Source: Chitinophagaceae bacterium (GTDB lineage: Bacteria; Bacteroidota; Bacteroidia; Chitinophagales; Chitinophagaceae). From it: 64,000 nt of DNA. This document shows, piece after piece, positions 28,813 through 36,068 of the stretch. The stretch covers positions 16,079 through 80,078 of the forward strand of contig JBIIJQ010000004.1 of the NCBI GenBank assembly GCA_044233655.1, read 5' to 3'. The translations under genes were made by a program, and so were the position numbers. The notes beneath the pieces were generated by a model that saw nothing but the letters and a program-made list of their open reading frames with translations, did no database searches and had not been told where the DNA came from. How positions within the stretch are numbered: the first letter of the stretch is position 1; each line of letters starts with the position of its first letter.

Positions 28813-29982
28813 ATGAAGAATTTTTACGAAGTATTAGGGTTGTATCAAAACGCAACCGATGAAGAAATAAAAACAGCTTACAGAAAGCTATCATTAAAGT
28901 TCCACCCAGACAAAAATGATGGCGATAAATATTTTGAAGAGTGGGCAAAGAAAATAAATGAAGCCTACGAAACTCTTGGCAACAGAGATAAAAAAAAATC
29001 TTATGATGAAACTTTAAAAGCCAACAACAATCAAAAAAGCAATACAAACTCATACAGTTCTCAATCTTCAACATCAAACCACTCTTCTACATATGAATAC
29101 GATGTATTAAGCCAAATTAAAAAACTAACCCCTGAATTTTTAAATGCAAAAGCTGGTTTAGCAGATGCTCAATATAATTACAACAACATAGCGGCACAAT
29201 CCGTTCCAAACAAATTTTCTACAACTAGAATTCTTTTCATTATTTTGTTATTTATAGTATCAGCATTTGGTTTTAAAAAGAGTTTCTTAAATCAGCTGAC
29301 AATAGCAGTAGAAAACATCAAAACTAATGACAGTAAACCTAAATCAAACAAAAAGTCAAAACCTATTTTAGAGGACATTGTTGGTGAGCCAATTGAAAAC
29401 ATAGGAAATTCTATCTTGTACACAATATATAGTGGTGTTGAGCAAAATGAAACCAATGAAATTTACGCAGTTCCAATTGTTGTTTTTTATAACAATCAGT
29501 ATTTAGACCCACCAACTTGTGAATTTGGTACTACTGAACAAAAAGCAATTGATGAATGCGAAAAAGCAAAAGAAATATTATTGCCTTCAGTAAATTCAGG
29601 TTCTACTCTTTTTGTTTTAGACAATGGCAAACAATCATATGACATTAGTGTTTTAGATACTAAAGAATTTGGGTACAGCGACTGGACAAGATATTCAGCT
29701 CACATAAGTATAAAGCCGAAAACATCTATTCTTACAGACAATCCAAAAATTGGTACTAATAGACTTACCACTATTAAAGACAGACCAACTTTACCAAAGC
29801 GAAAAGACCCCGAAGGAAATATTTTAAGCGATAAACTACTTTCAAAAGTTGACATTAATGGAGATGGAATGCCAGAACTTATTTATGAATGTTCAGACTA
29901 CGAAGGGACTTTTTATCAAATATACACCAACAAAAATGGCACTTGGACTCTCGTTTACGAAGGAGGTTATCAAGGAGTTTAA
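28813..29982 (+). CDS. Membrane J-domain (DnaJ-like) protein with an uncharacterised C-terminal domain
   Basis: YEVLGL...EEIKTAYRKLSLKFHPDKN is a J domain with an intact HPD. It is followed by an S/N-rich linker, the TM segment ILFIILLFIVSAFGF, and a C-terminal domain containing DINGDGMPELIY (FG-GAP/VCBS-like). The ATG is 2 nt after the upstream stop. Confidence 0.75.
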   Translation: MKNFYEVLGLYQNATDEEIKTAYRKLSLKFHPDKNDGDKYFEEWAKKINEAYETLGNRDKKKSYDETLKANNNQKSNTNSYSSQSSTSNHSSTYEYDVLSQIKKLTPEFLNAKAGLADAQYNYNNIAAQSVPNKFSTTRILFIILLFIVSAFGFKKSFLNQLTIAVENIKTNDSKPKSNKKSKPILEDIVGEPIENIGNSILYTIYSGVEQNETNEIYAVPIVVFYNNQYLDPPTCEFGTTEQKAIDECEKAKEILLPSVNSGSTLFVLDNGKQSYDISVLDTKEFGYSDWTRYSAHISIKPKTSILTDNPKIGTNRLTTIKDRPTLPKRKDPEGNILSDKLLSKVDINGDGMPELIYECSDYEGTFYQIYTNKNGTWTLVYEGGYQGV

Positions 29983-29997
29983 CAACTTTTCTCTAAT

Positions 29998-30068
29998 GGT
30001 TGGTGTCCCACCAAACATTCCGTTCTCTTCGAGTCTTCAGCTTCTGGGACACGGCGATTTAAGAAACG
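29998..30068 (+). repeat. Composite repeat: C-family left arm (C1) fused to B-family copy B3
   Basis: GGTTGGTGTCCCACCAAACA (contains TTGGTG-TCC-CACCAA), then TTCCGTTCTCTTCGAGTC-[TTCAGCTTCTGG]-GACACGGCGATTTAAGAAACG. Confidence 0.75.
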
Positions 30069-30218
30069 TCGTCATGAATTAAGTTCTCGTGTATTCAATT
30101 ATGATCTTATTTTATCTTTACTTCATGACAGGTGGCACATAACATGAAAAATGTTGACTTTGATTGCAAGTAGCATGTCGATTATAAAAATTGATAGTCA
30201 AAAATTTATTTCCATGCT

Positions 30219-30262
30219 GCAAGCCGCGGAGTCCCCTAGGCGGGAGACTATGCGGGACGAAA
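30219..30262 (-). repeat. B-family repeat, copy B4 (minus orientation)
   Basis: The reverse complement reads TTCGTCCCGCATAGTC-[TCCCGCCTAGGG]-GACTCCGCGGCTT. It lies just downstream of the minus-strand RCC1 gene. Confidence 0.7.
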
Positions 30263-30300
30263 TAACATAGGAAATTTTTTACATAGAAATTTCATTTATT

Positions 30301-31671
30301 CTATTCCTTAATTAATTTAAAAACCTTATTCTCTAATTTGATAAAATAAATCCCTTTTTTCAAAGTACTTACTTGCACTGGTGAATTAAAATAGAATATT
30401 CCCGACTGAATTATTTGGCCTAATGAATTTGCTATTTCATATTTGATATCTTCATTTTGGTATAAACCATAGACAGATAATTCATTAGTAAAAGGATTCG
30501 GATATAATATAATTTTTCCGTCGGAAATATTGTGAATGTAACTGGGAGAACAATTTAAGGTATTTATTATTGCAGGCATATAATGGTTAACATTAGTGCC
30601 ATCACCAAGTGAACCATAAAAATTTTGGCCCCAGGACCACAGCGTACCATCTTGTCGAACGGCAAAGGAATGAGTGCTACCTCCACTAACTGACACCCAA
30701 TTGCTTGTAATGCCTATTAATGTGGGAACATTTTTATCTAGTTGTGTACCATCGCCAAGACGACCTTCATTATTATAACCCCACGCCCAAAGTGTACCGT
30801 CTTGTTTAATCGCAAGAGAATGATGGATGCCCGCGCTTAGACTTTGCCAATTTGTAGCTACTCCAATGTGAGTAGGAATATACTTTTCAGCATTAGTACC
30901 ATCACCGAGCTCACCGTAAAAGTTCAGGCCCCAAGCCCACAGTGTACCATCTTGCTTGATAGCAAGTGAATGGTTATTTCCGCCGCTTATAGATTTCCAA
31001 TTTGTGTCTAAACTTATTTGAGTCGGCATATTTCTATCGATGTTTGTGCCATCTCCGAGCTTCCCTCCAGCATTATTGCCCCACGCCCAAAGTGAACCGT
31101 CTTGTTTAATAGCAAGAGAATGACGGATGCCTGCACTTATACTTTGCCAATTGCTGCCAATTCCTATTTGAGTTGGAATAATTTTGTCTAAATTTGTGCC
31201 ATCCCCGAGTTGTCCATAAGAATTATTACCCCAAGACCACAAGGTGCCGTCTTGTTTAATTGCGAGTGAGTGACCATTTCCGGCACTAATTTGTTGCCAG
31301 TTAGTATCCATACCTATTTGAGTTGGTATATTCTTATCTATATAAGTACCATCTCCTAAGCGACCATCAGCGTTATGTCCCCAAGCCCATAAGGTACCAT
31401 CATGCTTAATTGCGAGAGAAAACCCATTGCCAGCGCTAACATATTTCCAATTATTATCTACCCCAATTTGGGTTGGAACGTTTTTATTAACATAGGTGCC
31501 ATCTCCTAACTCCCCATAAATATTGCCACCCCAAGCCCAAAGAGTACTGTCATTTTTGATTGCAAGAGAATAGAATTGACCTGCATCAATATATCGCCAA
31601 CATTGCGCTTTTACTTTGCCCCCTATTATCAATAAAAAGTAACAAAGAATAATTTGTAAAATGTATTTCAT
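30301..31671 (-). CDS. RCC1-repeat beta-propeller protein with a T9SS type A C-terminal sorting domain
   Basis: Seven or more repeats of the form HSLAIKQDGTLWAWGxNxxGxLGDGT. Signal peptide from the ATG at 31671 (MKYILQIILCYFLL). C-terminus YPNPFTNELSV...GIYFIKL. Confidence 0.85.
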   Translation of the reverse strand: MKYILQIILCYFLLIIGGKVKAQCWRYIDAGQFYSLAIKNDSTLWAWGGNIYGELGDGTYVNKNVPTQIGVDNNWKYVSAGNGFSLAIKHDGTLWAWGHNADGRLGDGTYIDKNIPTQIGMDTNWQQISAGNGHSLAIKQDGTLWSWGNNSYGQLGDGTNLDKIIPTQIGIGSNWQSISAGIRHSLAIKQDGSLWAWGNNAGGKLGDGTNIDRNMPTQISLDTNWKSISGGNNHSLAIKQDGTLWAWGLNFYGELGDGTNAEKYIPTHIGVATNWQSLSAGIHHSLAIKQDGTLWAWGYNNEGRLGDGTQLDKNVPTLIGITSNWVSVSGGSTHSFAVRQDGTLWSWGQNFYGSLGDGTNVNHYMPAIINTLNCSPSYIHNISDGKIILYPNPFTNELSVYGLYQNEDIKYEIANSLGQIIQSGIFYFNSPVQVSTLKKGIYFIKLENKVFKLIKE

Positions 31672-31852
31672 ATTTAAAATGTTTTTATTTTTTTTCAATT
31701 GTACTATCTTATTATTTTTTTGCGGGTAGTTTAGATGAACTTTTAAATATAAACAATTATATTGTATCTCAGCATTCATACCTAATAAATTTTTGCCATA
31801 GCTAAAGTTAACCCATTAAATAATCTAGCCCCGAACTATCTTCTTTTGAGCT

Positions 31853-31908
31853 TCCGTTCTCGCCGTGTCTCCAGCCTCTGGGACTTTGCGACTTAGAAAA
31901 CGAAATCG
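31853..31908 (+). repeat. B-family repeat, copy B2 (orphan; no plus-strand ORF precedes it)
   Basis: About 93% identical to B1 over 56 nt, with weaker similarity (about 60%) over roughly 25 further nt. The inner stem is partly degraded (GACTTTGCG). Confidence 0.8.
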
Positions 31909-32096
31909 CAATTGCATTCCACTTATAGAATGATTATGTATTTTTATTTATCATTACTGAATGGCAGTACGAAAAAAATACCTTATCAAATTGGCATTTT
32001 TTTTTATTACATATTTAATATGAAAGATATTAATTATGATCATAGGCTAGTAGCATAAAATGAATAAATGTCCACAAAATATAAGGATGAACATAT

Positions 32097-32148
32097 CGTT
32101 CGGCGAGTCGCGGAGTCCCCGAGGCGAGAGAGTCCGCGAGGATAGAAG
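32097..32148 (-). repeat. B-family repeat, copy B5 (minus orientation)
   Basis: The reverse complement reads CTTCTATCCT-CGCGGACTC-[TCTCGCCTCGGG]-GACTCCGCG-ACTCGCCGAACG. It abuts the stop of the minus-strand gene 32150-32767. Confidence 0.75.
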
Positions 32149-32149
32149 T

Positions 32150-32767
32150 CTAGTCTTTAAAGTCTTTAAAAGCCCTTTCATTATTATTTATACCCAAATA
32201 GATATAATGTAAAGTGTTTACTCTTTGTTCAATAATTTCATTCACGTTAGGCCAAATATACAGCAACGAATTAGCCAAACCGGTACTATACAATCCTAAG
32301 AGAAAATCCTTTTCCTTAGTATAGTAATCCAACCATCTACGTTGAGAAATGATCAACTGCTTTTTATATTCTTCACTTAATATACCCAATGCTAACTTGT
32401 AGTATTTATTTAATAAAAGATCATATGCATTGTTGTAAAAAATAAATCCTTCATTTTGTGCCTGTGCTGAAGTGCCTTCTGCAATAATCTTATAGAATGC
32501 ATTAATAGAAATTGTGTCCTCCATAAACACAAAATCTTCTCCATCATTATCTTTTGACAAAGAGCTACTCTTTATCTTAATATCTTTACGAGTAGTTGCG
32601 ATAATATTCTTCAAGTCTACGTTTGAATAATCCTTAAAACTGGTAGTATTTGTAAATAAAACCTCTATATCAGAATTAAATTGATTTATAGGCTTAGTTT
32701 GAGAGATGACTGATTCCGAAACCATAAATAAAATAGAAAAACATAAAATTCGAATATTTACTTTCAT
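32150..32767 (-). CDS. DUF1311/LprI-like (lysozyme-inhibitor-type) secreted protein
   Basis: Signal peptide MKVNIRILCFSILFMVSESVISQ (the track ORF extends to 32824). LLNKYYKLALGILSEEYKKQLIISQRRWLDYYTKEKDF fits the LN..Y......L......L...Q..W..Y pattern of DUF1311. Confidence 0.55.
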   Translation of the reverse strand: MKVNIRILCFSILFMVSESVISQTKPINQFNSDIEVLFTNTTSFKDYSNVDLKNIIATTRKDIKIKSSSLSKDNDGEDFVFMEDTISINAFYKIIAEGTSAQAQNEGFIFYNNAYDLLLNKYYKLALGILSEEYKKQLIISQRRWLDYYTKEKDFLLGLYSTGLANSLLYIWPNVNEIIEQRVNTLHYIYLGINNNERAFKDFKD

Positions 32768-32871
32768 GCTTTCTGATTCCGAAAATTTCATAATAGTTGG
32801 TTTTAATAATACAAATGTATACAAGGTTTAAAACAAATGCAATTACATTTTTCATTTTGATAGAATCACCA

Positions 32872-32946
32872 TCTCTCCGAAGTTTATGGCTTAGTGAGGT
32901 CTATGTTCCCTGTTTGCCACAGGCATTTAGTTGGCTTTGCCAACAT
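32872..32946 (+). repeat. D-family structured repeat, copy D2
   Basis: ATCTCTCCGAAG...TATGTTCCCTGTTTGCCACAGGCATTTAGTTGGCTTTGCCAACAT. Confidence 0.7.
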
Positions 32947-33081
32947 TACTTGCATTTCATCTAGAGTGTTTAATTTATTCCAAATAATTTACTTTTCGAT
33001 TGGTTTTATTTATCTTCGATTGACGCAGTCGATTGAGTTTTTTCACAGACTGAGGTTGTACGGTTAATAGAAAATAACGAC

Positions 33082-33852
33082 ATGAGCAAGAAAACAATAA
33101 TTGATTCGATTATAGTGATATTGACATTTTCGATTGCCTTTTATGGTAAACGGATACTGGCTGAATATTATACTATTTCCATTTCTTCTGCGTATTTGAA
33201 AATTGCCTATTCGTATTTATGGTGGGTATTACCAACAGCATTAATTACCGGTCTATTATACGGAGTCAGTAATATATTTTACAATATCGGTATTCAAACA
33301 GGCCTTATCAGAGGGCTTTTATTTTCAATTATAACAGTATTGCCTATGTTTCTGAGCTCTGCTATCATTGGACGCATAGGTGCAGATTTAAATGTGTTAC
33401 ATCTGGTTCATCAAACAATTGTTGCAGGGTTGATGGAGGAATATCTTTTTAGAGGTTTTTTATTTGGATTATTATTCAGAAAATTAGGCTGGGGATTTAT
33501 TCCTGCTTCAATATTAGGTGCCTTTATTTTCGGATTAGGACATATTTATCAAGGCTCTACGTTTCTGGAAACCATGGGGGTCTTTTTCATAACTTCAATT
33601 GGGGGTGTTTGGTTTGCATGGTTATACATTGAATGGAATAATAACTTATGGGTTCCCATTTTCCTTCATATTCTAATGAATCTTTCCTGGGGATTGTTTG
33701 AAGTAAGTAGTAACGCATTGGGAGGATTTTATACAAACCTGTTTAGAATAATTACAATTGCGTTAACAATAATAATAACCATTAAATACAATCAGAAAAA
33801 AGGATTAAGAATCAACAGCAAGAATTTGATGGTAAACAATAACAACCGCTAA
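33082..33852 (+). CDS. CPBP family intramembrane glutamic endopeptidase (CAAX protease/Abi family)
   Basis: 256 aa, polytopic. Contains the EEYLFRGFLF, FGLGHIYQG and HILMN motifs. Confidence 0.85.
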   Translation: MSKKTIIDSIIVILTFSIAFYGKRILAEYYTISISSAYLKIAYSYLWWVLPTALITGLLYGVSNIFYNIGIQTGLIRGLLFSIITVLPMFLSSAIIGRIGADLNVLHLVHQTIVAGLMEEYLFRGFLFGLLFRKLGWGFIPASILGAFIFGLGHIYQGSTFLETMGVFFITSIGGVWFAWLYIEWNNNLWVPIFLHILMNLSWGLFEVSSNALGGFYTNLFRIITIALTIIITIKYNQKKGLRINSKNLMVNNNNR

Positions 33853-33946
33853 CAGGCTGAAAGAAATTGGCTTCATTGTATGCCTAATGAAAATTTATTT
33901 TACATTCGAAGTGTGGTTTTACAAAGAAAGATTGTGCTTCTCAATT

Positions 33947-33997
33947 GGTTGGTATCCCACCAAACATAAGTGGATTTCGTTAGGTGGGACACCAACC
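33947..33997 (+). repeat. C-family hairpin repeat, copy C2
   Basis: GGTTGGTATCCCACCAAAC-[ATAAGTGGATTTC]-GTTAGGTGGGACACCAACC: a 19-bp stem with 2 mismatches. Confidence 0.8.
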
Positions 33998-34147
33998 TTT
34001 AGGTGAGTTGCTTTTATTATGAATTGTAAGAATTGCATTTTATATTCGTTTAAACAAGTAACAATTTATTATTGGAACTTTGCTTCCTACTGTGCGTGTT
34101 TAATGGGAGAAAAGTAGGTGCTATAAGTAAGTTACCTAAAATTTCGT

Positions 34148-34789
34148 ATGACAAAATACTTCATCATATTTATTCTAATTCTTACTTCTTGTGATAATAG
34201 AAAGACAGAACAAAACTTTATTATACCTAGTAATGAAGAAGTAGGAAAAATTATTGAAGCTATTATTTATTCAAATAGTTTGTCATTGTCAAGTCAAATA
34301 TTCAAAGTAGAAATTGACAAAGTAAACAAACCGAAAAGAAAGAATTGGATACCAATCTATACTCCAATGTCAGTGGACTTGAGGAAACTTCATGTTGCTT
34401 TACCAGATAAAGGGGTAAAGGTGCAACCATTAGACATGAACATTGTGTTGATTCCTAGACTCTTTAAAATTGATGGAATAGGAAAGGAATTTATAGACCA
34501 TGCGGACTCATCATATTTATTGTTCCAAAATGAAGCAATTACAGAGTTTAGAATTAGTGATGAATTAGCAAGAAAGTTAAATACCACAAATTCTATTGAA
34601 CAAGAGAATAAAAGAAGCAAAGGAGAAAGCTACAGGTTTTATGAATTGACGATTCCTATTTTATCATCTGATATGAATAAGGCTTACGTAGAATTAACTC
34701 TATATAGTTCGAGAGCAGAAGCTCTATATTTGGAAAAAATAAATTATAAATGGACAATTATACGTAGAATTGGACTATGGATATGCTGA
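34148..34789 (+). CDS. Hypothetical lipoprotein
   Basis: 213 aa with lipobox ILILTSC. No recognisable domain. Confidence 0.55.
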   Translation: MTKYFIIFILILTSCDNRKTEQNFIIPSNEEVGKIIEAIIYSNSLSLSSQIFKVEIDKVNKPKRKNWIPIYTPMSVDLRKLHVALPDKGVKVQPLDMNIVLIPRLFKIDGIGKEFIDHADSSYLLFQNEAITEFRISDELARKLNTTNSIEQENKRSKGESYRFYELTIPILSSDMNKAYVELTLYSSRAEALYLEKINYKWTIIRRIGLWIC

Positions 34790-34885
34790 CAAAAACTGTA
34801 GGTAACACTTTGCAATAGCAAGCTGGACTTTGTAGCTTTTCAATCATTTGGTTCTTTAATAATCTTTTGTACTTTTACAAAGCTT

Positions 34886-34927
34886 TTGTTCTCTGAACTC
34901 CCAGCCTTCTGCAGCAAAGGAACCGTT
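34886..34927 (+). repeat. Degenerate B-family repeat, copy B6
   Basis: TTGTTCTCTGAACTCCCAGCCTTCTGCAGCAAAGGAACCGTT retains the head GTTCTC and the loop motif TCCCAGCCTTCTGC. Confidence 0.45.
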
Positions 34928-34956
34928 AGGCACAATTACAAAAACCGAAACTACAG

Positions 34957-35919
34957 ATGGATAGTAAGAAAATAATAACTACAGCAAAAATTATAGCCAT
35001 ACCGACAATATATGCATTGTTGTTAAGAACAGTTTTTGGAGAATCAACATGGAGTGGAGTTTTCAATATGATGTCAAAAACATTTCTTTTTCTCTTGCCT
35101 TCAATTGTTGGTGCTTTGACAATATACTTTTCCAAAGAAGAAAAAGTTAGAAAATTTTCATACAGATTTTTTATTCCTTGGATACCGATTTTTGTATTTT
35201 TCTTTATAACACTTGCTTTTGGAATTGAAGGTTGGCCATGTTTGCTAATGATATTACCAATCTTTTTACTTGCTTCTTCTATTGGTGGACTTGTTGGTGG
35301 ATATTTTAAGCTTAAAAAGAAAGACAATAATTTATATATTTCTGTATTGACACTTTTGCCATTATTAGTATCACCAATTGAAAACTATATAGGTGCGAAT
35401 TCGACACCTTATAAAGCATACACATACATTGACATAAATGCACCCGTTGAAAAAATTTGGGACAATGTTACACGAGTTAGAGAAATAAGTAAAGAACAAG
35501 ACAAAGGTTGGTTGACAAATTTATTAAACTTTCCAAGACCAGTTAAAGCAGAATTAAACTATGAAGGAGTTGGTGCCTATAGAGAAGCGATTTTTACAAA
35601 TGGACTTGTTTTTCATGAGACAGTTACTGAATATATTGACAATAAGAAAATGTCATTTACAATTAAAGCGCTTCCACACGAAATTCCTTTAACAACTATG
35701 GACGAACATTTGATAATTGGTGGAAAATATTTTGACGTGTTAAATGGTACGTATGAACTTGAAAAATTAAATAACAAAACTTGCAGACTTCATTTATGGA
35801 GTAACTTCAAGTTGACAACAACGTTTAATTTTTATGCAAGTTGGTGGGCAAATAACATAATGAAAGATATTCAAAACAATATTTTGCAAATTGAAAAACA
35901 AAGAGCGGAGCATGAATAA
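34957..35919 (+). CDS. Membrane protein with a C-terminal SRPBCC (START/polyketide-cyclase-like) domain
   Basis: 320 aa with about four N-terminal TM helices. Then YTYIDINAPVEKIWDNVTRVREI..., the typical opening of SRPBCC domains. Confidence 0.6.
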   Translation: MDSKKIITTAKIIAIPTIYALLLRTVFGESTWSGVFNMMSKTFLFLLPSIVGALTIYFSKEEKVRKFSYRFFIPWIPIFVFFFITLAFGIEGWPCLLMILPIFLLASSIGGLVGGYFKLKKKDNNLYISVLTLLPLLVSPIENYIGANSTPYKAYTYIDINAPVEKIWDNVTRVREISKEQDKGWLTNLLNFPRPVKAELNYEGVGAYREAIFTNGLVFHETVTEYIDNKKMSFTIKALPHEIPLTTMDEHLIIGGKYFDVLNGTYELEKLNNKTCRLHLWSNFKLTTTFNFYASWWANNIMKDIQNNILQIEKQRAEHE

Positions 35920-35989
35920 AATATCTGTACCTGACATGGGTAACTGATACCCAACTCCATTTTCAAAAACAGAAAAATCCTTTTCTATT

Positions 35990-36040
35990 GGATGGTTTCC
36001 CACCAAACATTATTTGGATTTTATTTGGTGGTCACCAACC
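35990..36040 (+). repeat. C-family hairpin repeat, copy C3 (right edge of the island)
   Basis: GGATGGTTTCCCACCAAACATTATTTGGATTTTATTTGGTGGTCACCAACC contains the perfect TTGGTG-GT-CACCAA. Confidence 0.75.
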
Positions 36041-36068
36041 GATAGGTAAAAACTTGTACTAAGTTATC

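Noticed and set aside
27853-30068. B repeats as conserved coding C-terminal tails. The three plus-strand copies translate to SRRVSSLCDSAT*, SRRVSSLWDFAT* and SLRVFSFWDTAI*.
   Set aside because: B1 follows TAATAATAA, so it cannot extend the upstream ORF. B3 is out of frame with the J-domain gene. The hairpin stems are maintained, which a peptide would not require. ORF 29849-30082 is therefore treated as an artefact.
23961-36040. The island repeats as canonical integron attC sites (a CALIN or sedentary integron)
   Set aside because: Each hairpin reads 5'-GTT(GG)...(CC)AAC-3' at its base, whereas attC reads 5'-RYYYAAC...GTTRRRY-3'. B-repeat orientation flips with gene strand, whereas attC orientation is uniform within an array. 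No intI-like gene is in the window. The resemblance is kept only as an analogy.
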